Counted from the stretch's first letter, positions 24,128 through 37,005 are shown. The stretch: 64,000 bases of DNA from Squalus acanthias (GCA_030390025.1 CM059432.1:11470001-11534000); one strand, 5' to 3'. Made by a program: numbers and translations. The notes: generated from the sequence alone by a model not told the origin.

Positions 24128-25396
24128 TAATAGACCAGGCACTGACTCCTTGAAGAACCCGGCTAATCCTTTGCTCACCCTGATAATATTTCTGATCCAC
24201 TCCAGAAGCTTCCCCTCCTGCAATTCTGTTTCTTCTGACTTTCTTCTTTGTGGTGCTGTGTCTAAATCTAAATATACAGGCCTAGGAAATCATCTGAGGC
24301 CAATGCCAGTAGTTACTCTGGGTTTATGCCTGACACTGATCCTGCCAAAGTTCATAGGGTCTGGGTGAGGACTCTATATGAGCAGGCTGTTGGTGTTTTG
24401 GTATCTGCAGCGCCTCCTCCCCACCAAAAAAACCTAGGATAGACCAACAATAGATGGCCTGTCCTGGGGGTCCCCTCGTCTCTTTTTCTTCACCCCCCCC
24501 CCCCCGCTGCCCCAAAGAATTATCTGGATGCCCCAAACGGCCTCCTTTATAAAGGGAGCCACTTCAGACCTCCCTAAATAAACCTTTTGGCCTCCTAATC
24601 TTTTGGAGGTCCCCAGACACCAATTCCAGCCTGGCCCCTCACGTGGGCCCCAATTCCTCCTCCCCTTTTGACCAGGTACACCTGGTGAGGCAGTGCCAAT
24701 TGTATGGCAGGTCCCAACTGCGGGCCTGGGAGTTGGAATTCATGGCTTAAGGAGTCCCTGCCCCCTTCATCAGTGGTCTAGAGCCTCTCTTTGCTCCGAC
24801 AAGGCCAATCAGGAAGCTCTGCCTTAAAGCAGGCGTCCGGCAGCACAGTTGTGAATTTTGGGGACCATAATGTCTACACAGTTTCCCTTATCCACGACGT
24901 CAGTTATCTTGAAATCCAATAATCTGTCAGACATGACTTTGCTCCCAGAAAGCCATGTTGACTTTTCTTTTAGGACAATATGAAGGTGCTTAATTATTCC
25001 TCTCTTCAGCATAATGTTTGCATACGAACATATAAAACTGACGTGCAGGAAAAGACCAGCTGGGCCGTCAAGCCTGCCCCACAAAATTTTACTAATGTTT
25101 GATTTACTGGTCTGTAGTTCCCAGCGTTATCTTCATGTCCCTCTTTATAAATTTTGCCCTGCTCCAATCCTTGGGCACCGTTCCTGTTTGGAACTAATCC
25201 CAAGGGATCAGTTTCCTTTTGAGAACCTTGAGAAACTGATAGGTTATGCTAACCAGATTTATTAGCCTTCATACTGGTAATCATATGACTCCATCATTGC
25301 CTTTTGGAAGTCATAAAGTATATTAAAAAGACTGGAGCTTACTATTCATATTGAGAAAGCGTGTTCTATGAGGTTATGGTAGATGCACAAGCTTTA

Positions 25397-26555
25397 TAGA
25401 GTCATAGTCATAGAGTTATACAGCACAGAAAGAGGCCCATCGTGTCTGCGTCGGCCATCAAGCCCTGTCTATTCTAATCCCATTTTCTAGCACTTGGTCC
25501 GTAGCCTTGTATGCTATGGTGTTTCAAGTGCTCATCTAAATGCTTCTTGAATGTTGTGAGGGTTCCTGCCTCTACCACCCTTTCAGGCAGTGAGTTCCAG
25601 ATTCCAACCACCCTCTGGGTGAAAAAGTTTTTCCTCAAATCCCCTCTAAACCTCCTGCCCCTTACCTTGAAACTATGCCCCCTGGTTATTGACCCCTCTA
25701 CTAAGGGGAAAAGTTCCTTTCTATCTAGCCTATCTATGCCCCTCATAATTTTGTACACCTCAATCAGGTCCCCCCTCAGCCTTCTCTGCTCTAAGGAAAA
25801 CAACCCCAGCCTCTCTTCATAGCTGAAGCGCTCCAGCCCAGGTAACATCCTGGTGAATCTCCTCTGCACTCTCTCCAATGCAATCACATCCCTCCTATAG
25901 TGTGGCGACCAGAACTGCACACAGTATTCCAGCTGTGGCCTAACTAGCGTTTTGTACAGCTCCATCATAACCTCCTTGCTCTTATATTCTGTGCCTCAGC
26001 TAATGAAGGCAAGTATCCCATATGCCTTTTTAACCACCTTATCTACCTATCAACTGCACTACCCTCATCCACACACCTAGTCACCCCCTCGAAAAATTCA
26101 ATCAAATTGGTTAGACATGATCTCCCCCTGACAAAGCCATGCTGACTATCCTTGATTAATCCTTGCCTCTCCAAGTGGAGACTAATTCTGTCCCTCAGAA
26201 TTTTTTCCAATAATTTCCCTACCACTGATGTTAGGCTCACTGGCCTGTAATTCCCTGGTTTATCCCTACTACCCTTCTTGAATAATGGTACTACGTTAGC
26301 TGTTCTCCAGTCCTCTGGCACCTCCCCTGTGGCCAGAGAGGTTCTGAAAATTTGTGTCAGAGCCCCTGCAATCTCCTCCCTTGCCTCACACAGCAGCCTG
26401 GGATACATCTCATCAGGGCCTGGGGATTTATCCACTTTTAAGCCTGCTAAAACCGCTAGTACCTCCTCCCTCTCAATACTAATTTGTTCAAGCATATCAC
26501 AATCCCCCTGCCTAATTTCTATGCCTACATTGTCCTTCTCCATTGTGAACACAAA
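25397..26555 (-). mobile_element. Young CR1 LINE with internal deletion of the RT core
   Basis: ORFs 26043-26567 and 25474-25968; the junction at 26048/26049 skips the FADD region. Confidence 0.9.
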
Positions 26556-26741
26556 TCTTAATCCCAAATCTTAAGAGAAGGACAAAATATCATGAGACTG
26601 CTTTTTTTTTTCCAGTCTCTCACTTTAATTGATATTAAATCAAATTGATATTAAATCAAATTGCATTTGCTGTATATATCACATGCACACTATTGGCAAT
26701 CACTGTAAGTTTAAAGTTGACTGTTTCTGTTTTTGATTTAG

Positions 26742-27075
26742 ATACGTTCACCAGCCCGTTAATGCTGATGACCCACCACTAGTGGAACAGCCAAAGCGAG
26801 CGTATCCTTATTGTTCGATAGGCTGCCTCTTCAATCACCAGAGCTTTCACGCTAATTGCCAGCCCTCTGACACCGTTGAACTGTGTCACTTTGACCTAAC
26901 TGACGAATCAAAGTGGAAGCCCATGAGCACCGAGGCCATAAAGTCTGTGTGCGCTCCCGGATCGTCGACCTCACTGGCACCATTTCCACCTCTGTGTGCT
27001 CCAGTGACCGATGCTGCGGCTGCGAGCAATGAGATTGAGCTGGTTTTGAGGAGTCTGATTTCTGAGCACAGAAAG
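26742..27075 (+). CDS. CEP76: CEP76 coding exon
   Basis: atttag|A TAC: (R)YVHQPVNADDPPLVEQPKRAYPYCSIGCLFNHQSF...ELVLRSLISEHRK|gtaagg; 334 nt. Confidence 0.95.
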
Positions 27076-27499
27076 GTAAGGAGACGGGACAAATGTTGAG
27101 AAGTATTTAAAGGTCTCCAGTAACGTGACAGCTTCTACTGTATCCAAACACACGGTGTGATTCAGTGAACCATATCACTGAGTGATCATTCTTTATGTAA
27201 GAGGAAGGAAACTAAATTGAATACTTTTGATTCAAAGTACTTTACTTTGTTTGATAGAGGAAAGGAATGCAAATTCCCCAGCCTATAGTTTTGCCTATAG
27301 ATTAGGAGCAGCCCTGAAACTGGTCATAGCCTCACTATTTGCGAGGGAACCACTCTGGGAAGTTCCCCTAAATTTAGATCACCAGAGCAGTCCTGCAGGA
27401 TGGCCAACCTATAGGGGGTCTTCATACAAAAATGAAGGAGAGGAAAAGACAAGCTGGTCTATCAAGTCTGTCCCAAACTGTCAGGGTGCAACTTTTCTT

Positions 27500-28082
27500 T
27501 TTTTATTCATTTATGGGATGTGGGCGTTGCTGGCAAGACCAGCATTTATTGCCCATCCCTAGTTACCCTTGAGAAGGTGGTGGTGAGCCGCCGCCTTGAA
27601 TCACTGCAGTCCGTGTGGTGAAGGTGCTCCCACAGTGCTGTTAGGGAGGGAGTTCCAGGATTTTGACCTAGCGACGATGAAGGAACGGCGATATACTTCC
27701 AAGTCAGGATGGTGTGTGACTTGGAGGGGAACTTGGAGGTGGTGGTGTTCCCATGCGCCTGCTGCCCTTGTCCTTCTAGGTGGAAGAGGTCGTGGGTTTG
27801 GGAGGTGCTGCTGAAGAAGCCTTGGCGAGTTGCTGCAGTGCATCTTGTAGCTGGTACACACTGCAGCCACGGTACACCGGTGGTGGAAGGAGTGAATGTT
27901 TAAGGTGGTGGATGGGGTGCCAATCAATCGGGCTGCTTTGTCCTGGATGGTGTCGAGCTTCTTGAGTGTTGTTGGAGCTGCATTCATCTAGGCAAGTGGA
28001 GAGTATTCCATCACACTCCTGACTTGTGCCTTGTAGATGGTGGAAAGGCTTTGGGGAGTCAGGAGGTGAGACACTCGCCACA
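27500..28082 (-). mobile_element. Non-LTR retrotransposon 3' end (clade uncertain)
   Basis: LSTIYKAQVRSVMEYSPLA / AAPTTLKKLDTIQDKAARLIG..HSFHHRCTVAAVC, typical post-RT LINE motifs. Confidence 0.75.
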
Positions 28083-28084
28083 GA

Positions 28085-29230
28085 TCAGTAAGTTGTGTAG
28101 ATGGGAGCAGGATGTTACAAAGGAACATTGAAAGATTAAATGAGTTGGCACAACTGTTGCACATGGAGTTCAATGTGGGAACATGTGAGGCCGTCCACTT
28201 TGGATAAAAAGAACACATTGTAATATTTTCTTCATGGCGAAAGACTAGGAGCTTTTTTTCAATTCATTTTAGGGTTGTGGGTGTCGCTGGCAAGGCCAGC
28301 ATTTATTGCCCATCACTAATTGTCCTTGCGAATATGGTGGTGAGCCGCCTTCTTGAACCGCTGCAGTCTGTGAGGTGAAGGAACTCCCACAGTGCTGTTA
28401 GGGATGGGAGTTCCAGGATTTTGACCCAGCGACGATGAAGGAACAGCAATAGTTCACCAAGTCAGGATGGTGTGTGACTTGGAGGAGCACTTGCAGGTGG
28501 CGGTGTTCCAGTGCACCAGCTGCCCTTGTCCTTCTACATGGTAGAGGTTGCGGGTTTGGGTGGAACTGTGGAGGAGCGAAGGGATTTGGGCATTTTTGAG
28601 CAAAGGGTACAAAAAGTAATCAAAAAGGCTAATGGATTGTTGGCCTTCATCTCAAGGAGGCTGGAATACAAAGGGAGAAAGTTCTGCTCCAGTTGTAGAG
28701 AGCCATGGTCAGACCCCATCTGGAGCACTGCGTTCTGTTCTGGGCACCACACCTCAGGAAGGATATATTGACCTTGGATGGGGGGCAGCGCAGATTCACC
28801 AGAATGATACCCGCCCTTAAAGAGTTAAATTATGAGGACAGGTTGCATAAACTTGGTTTGTATTGCCTTGAGTTTAGAAGGTGGAGGGATTATCTAATTG
28901 AGGTGTTTAAATGGTAAAGGGATTTGATAGGGTAGACACTGAGATGCTATTTCCTCTGATGGGGATTCCAGAACAAGGGGGCACAATCCTAAGATTAGAG
29001 CTAGGCCATTCAGGGGTGAAATCAGGCAGCACTTTTTCCACACAAAAAGGTCGTGGAAATCAGGCACTCTCTTCCCCCACAAGGCTGTGGATGCTTTTAT
29101 CAATTGAAATTTTCAAGACTGAGCTCGACAATTTTTTATTAGGTAAGGGTTTGAAGGGTAATGGATTGAAGTTGGGTAAAAGTTAAGCTATAGATCTAAT
29201 TGAAAAGCGGAATGGGTTCGAGGGGCTGGG
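28085..29230 (+). mobile_element. Old CR1 fragment interrupted by another LINE tail
   Basis: VRPHLEHCVLFWAPHLRKDIL..QRRFTRMIP. Confidence 0.75.
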
Positions 29231-30060
29231 ACTCTTTCTGAACAAAAATCCCTCCTGACATCTTACCTAGTTCTATACTTATGTAACTTTGATACTCGTA
29301 TCCCCTGATCCTCCCTAACCTATCTAACTCAAATAGCCTATCTACATGGACCAAATCTAATCTTTTTATTATTTTATAGGCCTCAATTAAATCAAGAAAT
29401 TTCTGCTTTTCTAGAGTAAAAAGCCCAGTGCTCTCAGCCTAACTGGTAATTAAGTGCCTTTAAATTAGACACCAATCTAGTGGCCTTCCTCTGATTCTTT
29501 TCCAGGGCCTCTATAACACTCAGCATGTGAGGGAACCAAACCTTGACATAATATTCTAACCAAGGCCTTATATAGAGACAGTATAGTATATATTTTTGTT
29601 CCATATTTAATCCTTCTGGCAATGCATCCTAGCAGTGTAAAGGTCCACGATCAGTGCAAGGAGGCTAGAGATTGGTGTAACTGAACAGCCAGGTCTTTCT
29701 GCCACTTAAAAGCCTTAAACTCGCATGGTGTAGGCATGTTTAGCATTGTCCCTATCCACCTGCATAACACTACATTTATCTAAATTAAATGATATCTGTC
29801 AGAAGCAGGCCCATCCATTGCACCTAGATTGCCAATAGCCTAGCTTTCTCATTTAAGGTCGTAACACCTGCACAAATCTTTTAATCGCTTGCGAACTTGT
29901 GGGCAGTTTCCCCAATGCCTTCATCCAGATCATTGATAAAGCCCTGACACTACTGCTGCAGGACTCCACTCATGGCTCTCTCGATTTTCATTTCCAGTTG
30001 TTCTCTTGCTTGATTACACCAGTTGATTTTCTTTTTTGAAGACGTTAAACCCATCTTCCT
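29225..30060 (-). mobile_element. Very old CR1-like fragment
   Basis: LYIRPWLEYYVKVWFPH..ALEKNQRKATRLV. Confidence 0.55.
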
Positions 30061-30279
30061 TGATTACTACTCCACTACTCTAGGAAATATTTGGGCCATT
30101 GCTATGTGGTGCCTGCTGACTTCTGTTGGACAAAAAAAAACAAGGGTCTGGGAGCTTCAATTCACAGCCTTGACTAACATTCCAATGCACCTGCCCTTTT
30201 AGTTTGGTCGGATTTTTACCAGGTCTTGGCTGGGCTACTGAATGGTTCACTGTGTAACAGCAGAGTGCTTAATCTGTGA

Positions 30280-30730
30280 AAAGAAAGAAATACTTGCATT
30301 TATATAGCGCCTTTCACGACCAAAGCACTTTACAGCCAATGAAGTACTTTTGAAGTGGAGTCACTGTTGTAATGTAGGAAACGTGGCAGCCAATTTGCGT
30401 ACAGCAAGCTCCCACAAGCAGCAATGTGATAATGACCGGATAATCTGTTTTTTTAGTGATGTTGATTGAGGGATTAATATTGGCCAGGGCACCAGGGATA
30501 ACTCCCCTGCTCTTCTTCAAAGTAGTGCCATGGGATCTTTTACGTCCACCTGAGAGGGCAGAACGTCTCGGTTTAACGTCTCATTGAAAGATTGCACCTC
30601 CGACAGTGCACTGCCCTGCACAGTACTGCACTGGAGTGTCAGCCTAGATTTTGAGCTCAAGTTTCTGAAGTGGAACTTGAACCCACAACCTTCTGGCTCG
30701 GAGGTGAGAGTGCTACCCACTGAGCCACCT
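30280..30730 (-). mobile_element. Deu-domain SINE
   Basis: Full reverse-complement match to the family, including the tRNA head. Confidence 0.8.
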
Positions 30731-30871
30731 TGGATATATCCACATCTCACCCCTGTAAATAGCATAGACCTATCAGGCTGATGTAGAATGTACCATACTG
30801 AGATCTTGATCAATAATTGAGATGCTGCTGCCACCTGTAACCTTTTACTGTACTGCTTTCTACCACAATAG

Positions 30872-31089
30872 GACCTCAGCCTGAACACGGTGTGGGATGA
30901 CCACCTGTCTTACCTGCTGTCACCAGCACTTGCCGCATACGAGATTGAGCGCACAACTGGAGTGTCCACAGGCAATGAAGAGTTCCAGGATGCCATCAAG
31001 AGAGCAGTACCTGATGGGCACACCTTCAAAGGCTTCCCCATTCACTTTGTGCATCGAAATCCCAGGAGAGCATTTGCAACATGTTTAAG
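30872..31089 (+). CDS. CEP76: CEP76 coding exon
   Basis: caatag|DLSLNTVWDDHLSYLLSPALAAYEIERTTGVSTGNEEFQDAIKRAVPDGHTFKGFPIHFVHRNPRRAFATCL AG|gtaaat; 218 nt. Confidence 0.95.
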
Positions 31090-31296
31090 GTAAATCTATA
31101 GCCATCGCCATCTCCAAATTGTGATTTTTGTTGTGTGTGCCGGGAGGGTAGATTACACAGCTTAGAGTGTATCTCGTATGTACACACAACAGAGCTAGAT
31201 TGCAATACATTAACATTTTGTGCACTCACTCATCCACCAGCAAAGTACCAGTAGATGAGAATGCAACAAGTCTGATGAAAAGGCAGTGACACTTAA

Positions 31297-31445
31297 ACAA
31301 AAGCAAAATACTGTGAATGCTGGAAATCTGAAATAAAAACAGAAAATGCTGGAAATACTCAGCAAGTCAGGCAGCAGCTGTAGAGAGAGAAACAGAGTTA
31401 ACGTTTCAGGTCGATGACCCTTCGTCAGAACTGGAAAAAGTTAGA
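31297..31445 (-). mobile_element. Penelope-like terminal-repeat remnant (second family) with intact minimal hammerhead at 31396-31432
   Basis: Minus strand reads AGTT-CTGACGA-A-GGGTC-atc-GACCT-GAAA-CGTT-AACT; related copies at 12.8 and 32.1 kb. Confidence 0.65.
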
Positions 31446-32846
31446 CATTTAAAGGTCTGAAACTGTTGCTGGCCCTTTTTATAATGGCCAAGCGCTTACC
31501 CATTGGGATTCTGCGACACACTAACGGTCTAAAAGAAGTCCCATTGGGAAGAACTGCTGATTTGGACTCGGCTAATTTAAAGCAAACCAGCTTCCTGCCG
31601 TCCATACTCTTGAGAGATGGCTTGCTTCCTTCCTTCTCCAGCTGCTGCTCTTCAGCCAGGCTTTAGAAGATGTGAGAGCAGTGACCAGGTGCTCCCCTTT
31701 CTCCCCCCCCCCCCCGGGGGGGTAGCCCTTGGCTCCATGTTCCACTTCCCCTGACAGCACAACAAGATGGGGGGGGGCAGCATTTTGTTTGGGGACATTG
31801 CGTCTATGGACACATCTGATCTTTCCATGGTGAATTCTACATCAGCCTCATAATTCGATGGTATTTACAGGGTTGAGATGTGGATATATGGTTAAACCAT
31901 TAAAAAAATATATTTTAAATTGTTTGCTATTGCTTATGTGTTTCATGTCACTTTTTCTTTTAAGTGCCCACTGCTCCAGAGGGGTAATTGGTAGTGGCTG
32001 CAATTTTGAAGGTATACCATGGTTACCTGCTCCTCTGTATTGCCATGGATAACAACCAGACTGTGCCTGGCAGTACCGGAATTATAAATACATTTTTAAC
32101 CAATTATTGTTGAAGATAAATAAACAGCAAAATGCTGCGGATGCTAGAAATCTGAAATAAAAACAGAAAATGCTGGAAACACTCAGCAGGTCAGGCAGCA
32201 TCTGTGAGGGGCGATTTTAACCCTACTCGCTCGGCAGAAACCTGGCGGGTGGGCAGTTAAAATCGCCCTGGCTCTTACCTGCCCGAAAGCTGCCATGATC
32301 GCAGCATCTGCAATTTTATCCTGCTCTCCTGAGCAGGCAGCAAGGACGCGCGCCCGGAGCCAACGGGGTCCTTCTTTACATATGAACGTGGCGGCCCGAT
32401 GACATCATTGCGTCCCGACCGTAATTTTAACTCGGGCCTGAGCGGGGAATCCACCTGGAGTTAAAATCAGGGTCCCCAGGTCGATAACCTTTCATGCCTG
32501 ACCTGCTGAGTATTTTCCAGCATTTCGTATTATTATTGTTGAAGTTTATTTGCTCTTTAAGAAAATTATACTTTGTTCAAAGTTTCTCTAGAGTCTTTCT
32601 TGGTCCACCGATGCTAGCAGCCCTCCAGTATCTCGCCTAAATGCCCATTCTTGTCTGAACTTAGGTAGTGAGTGTTGGTAGGATATTCAACCATAGGCCA
32701 TCACAGTCGGGCATGATCCTGTTGTAACCTGGCATCACACACGCACTTTGCAGAATGAGTCACTGGATAGTAATTGGGAGTGTTAATTCTTGCAGATGTT
32801 TTTTCCCTTTCTTACCCCCACCCCCAGCCTAAGGGTGTTGAGACAA

Positions 32847-33290
32847 GTGTCAGCTGTGGCTCAGTGGGTAGCACTCTTGCCTGAGTCAGAAGGTTGTGGG
32901 TTCACAGTCCCACTCCAAAGACTTGAGCACAAAAATCTAGGCTGACACTCCAGTGCAGTGCTGAGGGAGTGCTGCACTGTCAGAGGTGCCGTCTTTCGGA
33001 TGAAACGTTAAACCGAGGGCCCGTCTGCTCTCTCAGGTGGACATAAAAGATCACATGGCACTATTTCGAAGAAGAGTTATCCCCGGTGTCCTGGCCAATA
33101 TTTATCCCTCAATCAACATAACAGAAACAGATTATCTGGTCATTATCACATTGCTGTTTGTGGGAGCTTGCTGTGCGCAAATTGGCTGCTGCGTTTCCTA
33201 CATCACACTTCAAAAGTACTTCGTTGGCTGTAAAGTGCTTTGGGACGTCCGGTAGTCGTGAAAGGCGCTATAGAAATGCAAGTCTTTCTT
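32847..33290 (+). mobile_element. Deu-domain SINE
   Basis: tRNA head, Deu core and L2-like tail. Confidence 0.8.
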
Positions 33291-33997
33291 AATGCCCTGA
33301 TGGCTCACCGAGCTAACTCAGCAGACACCAAGGACCAAAGTCTTGTGGTTTGTATAATTTGATGCCATTACCCAATAGATCATCTGGAGATTTTATTTTA
33401 TTTCGTTCTTTTTATCGCCCTCAAGTCTCTGGACTATATGGCGTCTGTGCGACTTGCTCCCAAGCCTTTAAGGTGCTCATGAGCTGATCTCTCGGATTCA
33501 GCTGATAGCAATCCAATAACCAGAATCTTTAGTCAGTAAAGCATCGCGCAAGATTGGAGACAAAGCTGTATAACTTTTAAAATGTGACGTGTATATGAAG
33601 GGACAGATGGAGCCATAGTACAACAGTGGCTTGTTCATGGTGTGAGGATGCAGTGTTTAATTCTTTAAAACAAAATTCTAAAATGCTCATTCCCATGACC
33701 ATTCCCAGAACTTTCAGCATTAATTCAATCAATCAATCAATCTGTTCTGACAACCTGTGAATTGGAGGCTGTTTCCAGACTGTTGCAGTCTTGTCTAAAG
33801 ATCAGTACACTGGGGCTCCTTTCACTGCGGTCACTGCCAACTTAACATTTTAAATAGTTTAAATTACAAACTTGAACATGAGGAAAGAACATCTCTGGCA
33901 AAACATAGTATAAATAAACACTACTAAATAGATGGACTTGCATTTGAGGAAAGGGGTCTTTTAGATGGGCTACCCTTTTAAAATGATAATGATTAAA

Positions 33998-34417
33998 AAA
34001 AAGACTTGCATTTATATAGCGCCTTTCATTACCTCAGGACGTCCCAAAGCGCTTTACAGCCAATGAAGTGCAGTCACAGAAACCAATTTGTGCACAGCAA
34101 GCTCCCACAAACAGCAATGAGATTATGACCAGATAATCTGTTTTAGTGATGCTGGTTGAGGGATAAATATTGGCCAGAACTCCCCTGCTCGTCTTCGAAA
34201 TAGTGCCACGGGATATTTTACATCCACCCGAGAGGACAGACAGGGCCTCGGTTTAACGTCTCATCCGAAAGACGGCACCTCCGACAGTGCAGCACTCTCT
34301 CGACACTGCACTGGAGTGTCAGCTAGATTTTGTGCTCAAGTCTCTGGAGTGGGACTGTGAACCCACGACCTTCTGACTCCGAGGCAGGAGTGCGACCCAC
34401 TGATCCCCCCAGCTGAC
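33998..34417 (-). mobile_element. Deu-domain SINE just upstream of the last CEP76 exon
   Basis: Reverse-complement match to the family. Confidence 0.8.
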
Positions 34418-34462
34418 AACTCTGGCTTTTAATTTTTTTTTTCCCCCACTCTTCCATTTTAG

Positions 34463-34601
34463 GTCTCCATTCTGTGAGGAAATAATTTGCTGTCGAGGGG
34501 ACCAAGTCCGACTGGCCGTCCGTGTGAGAGTGTACCCCTACCCCGAGTCTGCCTGTGCAGTCTGGATGATGTTTGCGTGCAAATACCGTTCAGTTCTGTG
34601 A
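34463..34601 (+). CDS. CEP76: CEP76 terminal coding exon
   Basis: ttttag|G TCT: (R)SPFCEEIICCRGDQVRLAVRVRVYPYPESACAVWMMFACKYRSVL then TGA at 34599-34601, the known CEP76 C-terminus. Confidence 0.95.
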
Positions 34602-34863
34602 TGCATCTGAGCTTTTATATGGTGCTGCTTTCACTTTTTGTGGAGTCCCAGTAAGGGACTGGTTTCTTGTTGCTGCTCCACAAGGACCTTCCTGCAGGAT
34701 AGTGCCTTTACAGACCAGACCAATATTCCCAGAACCTGACAGATTGTACCTCTTGCTTGTCATGTGTGTGTGTGATTGTGTATATTTATTGAAAAATAAC
34801 CTGTATAGATGGTTTAAAAAAAAAGCTTTTTTTTTACAAAATGTATAAAATATTTTACTATAC

Positions 34864-34869
34864 AATAAA
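34864..34869 (+). promoter_or_regulatory. Candidate CEP76 polyadenylation signal
   Basis: AATAAA about 260 nt after the stop, in an AU-rich 3'UTR with U/GU-rich sequence downstream. Confidence 0.6.
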
Positions 34870-35820
34870 GCTGATTATATTTACAAATCATTGATGCTTT
34901 ATTCACAGTCTAAAGTTCCATGCCTTCTTTTGAAGGCTTTTGTCTTGTTTGCCCAACAAAATCAATTTACAATTGGAAGATAGCAATATAACACAGCAGA
35001 GGTATAAATCATTGCCCAAAATTCCCCATGCAGCATGTTCCTGATCTCGCCAGTGATGTCACCCGGTGGCTTCGATAGCGGCTTAGTGCTTCCCCCACAG
35101 GAAGGAGGAGGCAATTGCAGCTTGGTTCAGGCTGAAGTTGTGCACCTTGCAATGCTAAATCACAAGTGACATTGACCCAAGGTCTTACAACAGATTTGCT
35201 TGGGCACTACACACTTCGGAGTTGGGGTAGCGGGGCAGGGGGCTAGTGGTAGATGCTTCACAGGTAGTCACACTCGTTGAACTGTTCTGTGCATCGTTCC
35301 ATAAGCAAATAAGGTAAGATGACGATTGTAAAGTTGTCTGTGCTGTATAATCTTGTGCTTGTCTTTACTGTTGATGTGAGCAGGAGAGCACCTGACTTGA
35401 TTTGAATGATAGAGTCCTAGTTTATGCAGTATTTGAATGTGGATGAATTTTGCTTGTAGGTTACGATTCTACAAAATACATGGATTGGCTACCATCTGTG
35501 AGGATGGTTTCATGTAGCTGTTCTGTGTAGCAACATTGTAAAGAAACACTGGAGGATTTCCTCTGGTCAGTATTTCTAGGGAAATCGTTTACCTGTTCTT
35601 TCTGAATTACTGTTTTTGCGATGTCTGCACATTACGGCCAGAGGTAATCGTTCCCACTGCTTTGTAAGATTTGACCTTTTATTAAATTGTCACTCACTCC
35701 TGTCTAGTGAGGTGACATGAGTTCTGAAAGTATGAATAGCTGTTATATAACCCATCCCTTTTTCATACCGATAACCTTTTTCACAGGCCCTGCAGAAGCT
35801 TAAAGGCGCAAGAAGATAAT

Positions 35821-36583
35821 GGCCCAGAAATTAAACATCGATGGTTCCCGCGGGGGTAAGGATTCCCCGCGATATCGCACTCCGCGCCTACCTTTTTGTT
35901 TGGGGCCCACACGAACTTTAGTTTCAGAGCCTCTTCTTGTTGCAACCGTGCAGTGTGTGCGTATCCCAGAGGCGCAATTAGTTCGTGCGAGCTCTGGGAT
36001 CACGTGATTCAGTTAGAGCCAATGGCAGCACACCATCTTTCATTCATAGTTTTGACAGCAAGAGCTGTCAAAGCTATGAATACTACAAACCCCCAAAAGA
36101 ACAGCTAAACCTCAATTAAATTTAAAAAAAGCCATCACATTAATAAAATAAGTATAGTTAAATAAATTAACCACTTTAAACAAAAAATTAAATTTTTGAA
36201 AAAATTTAAAATCTTTTTAAAAGTTATAAAAATAAACTTACCTTTCTTTAAAGTCTCTAAAAAAGATAAACCTGTTGAAAAAAATTTAAAATAACACTTA
36301 ATTAACTACTTACCTTGTTAAAAGGGGGTCCTACGCCTGCTTTCTTTATGTGTAAAATCTTCACCACTTACCTGCGCGTTCAAAGCTGAAAAAAAAGCTA
36401 AGTGCACTGCGTGCGCACAGCCTGTAGCGCGCACACGGTTCACTTAGGAACCGCCCCCTTTGCAATTCACAAAGTGCCGGTTTCCCGCGCATGCGCAGTG
36501 CATGCAGGAAACCGGCAATTCGGAATCTAATACGCGAGAGTACACAGTGCGTACTCTCGCGTATTAGGTTTAATTTTCGGGCC
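35821..36583. mobile_element. MITE (probably Harbinger-type)
   Basis: TIRs ggcccagaaattaaac / gtttaattttcgggcc (14/16 match); flanks AAT/ATT; AT-rich centre. Confidence 0.7.
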
Positions 36584-36689
36584 ATTGTCAGGTTGTAGCC
36601 GGTAGTATAAGTTGGTATATACCTACTTTTAATTTCAGGAAAGAAGTACAGCACTTTTCTGCCACTAAAACAGCAGCATGTGTTACTTC

Positions 36690-37005
36690 AGTCAACTGCT
36701 TTTGATCGACAGCCACTGACCCAGCTCCTCTGGACACGGTGCAACCCAGGTAGGTGATTCTGTCCATGGCCTAAAGCGTGTGGTCGCCGATGGTGATGAT
36801 CGGTGGAGTGTAATCCTTGCCTGGTTGGAAGAGTACCACCATCTTTACGGGCATGCTGTTGCAAAGTGGTTCATGATTGTCTGCATATCATCCTGGGAGT
36901 GGGCCCCGAGAGCACAGTCATCAGCAAATAGGAGCTTACAAACAAGTTCTTCCAGCACCTTTTATGTGCCTGTGAATAGTTTGGTTATTGGTCACTTTGT
37001 AACAC
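36690..37005 (-). mobile_element. RTE LINE RT fragment
   Basis: Minus strand LLFADDCALGAHSQDDMQTIMNHFATAC. Confidence 0.7.

Noticed and set aside
26626..26663. 16-bp tandem duplication (aattgatattaaatca) upstream of an exon
   Set aside because: Ordinary slippage duplication with no evidence of function
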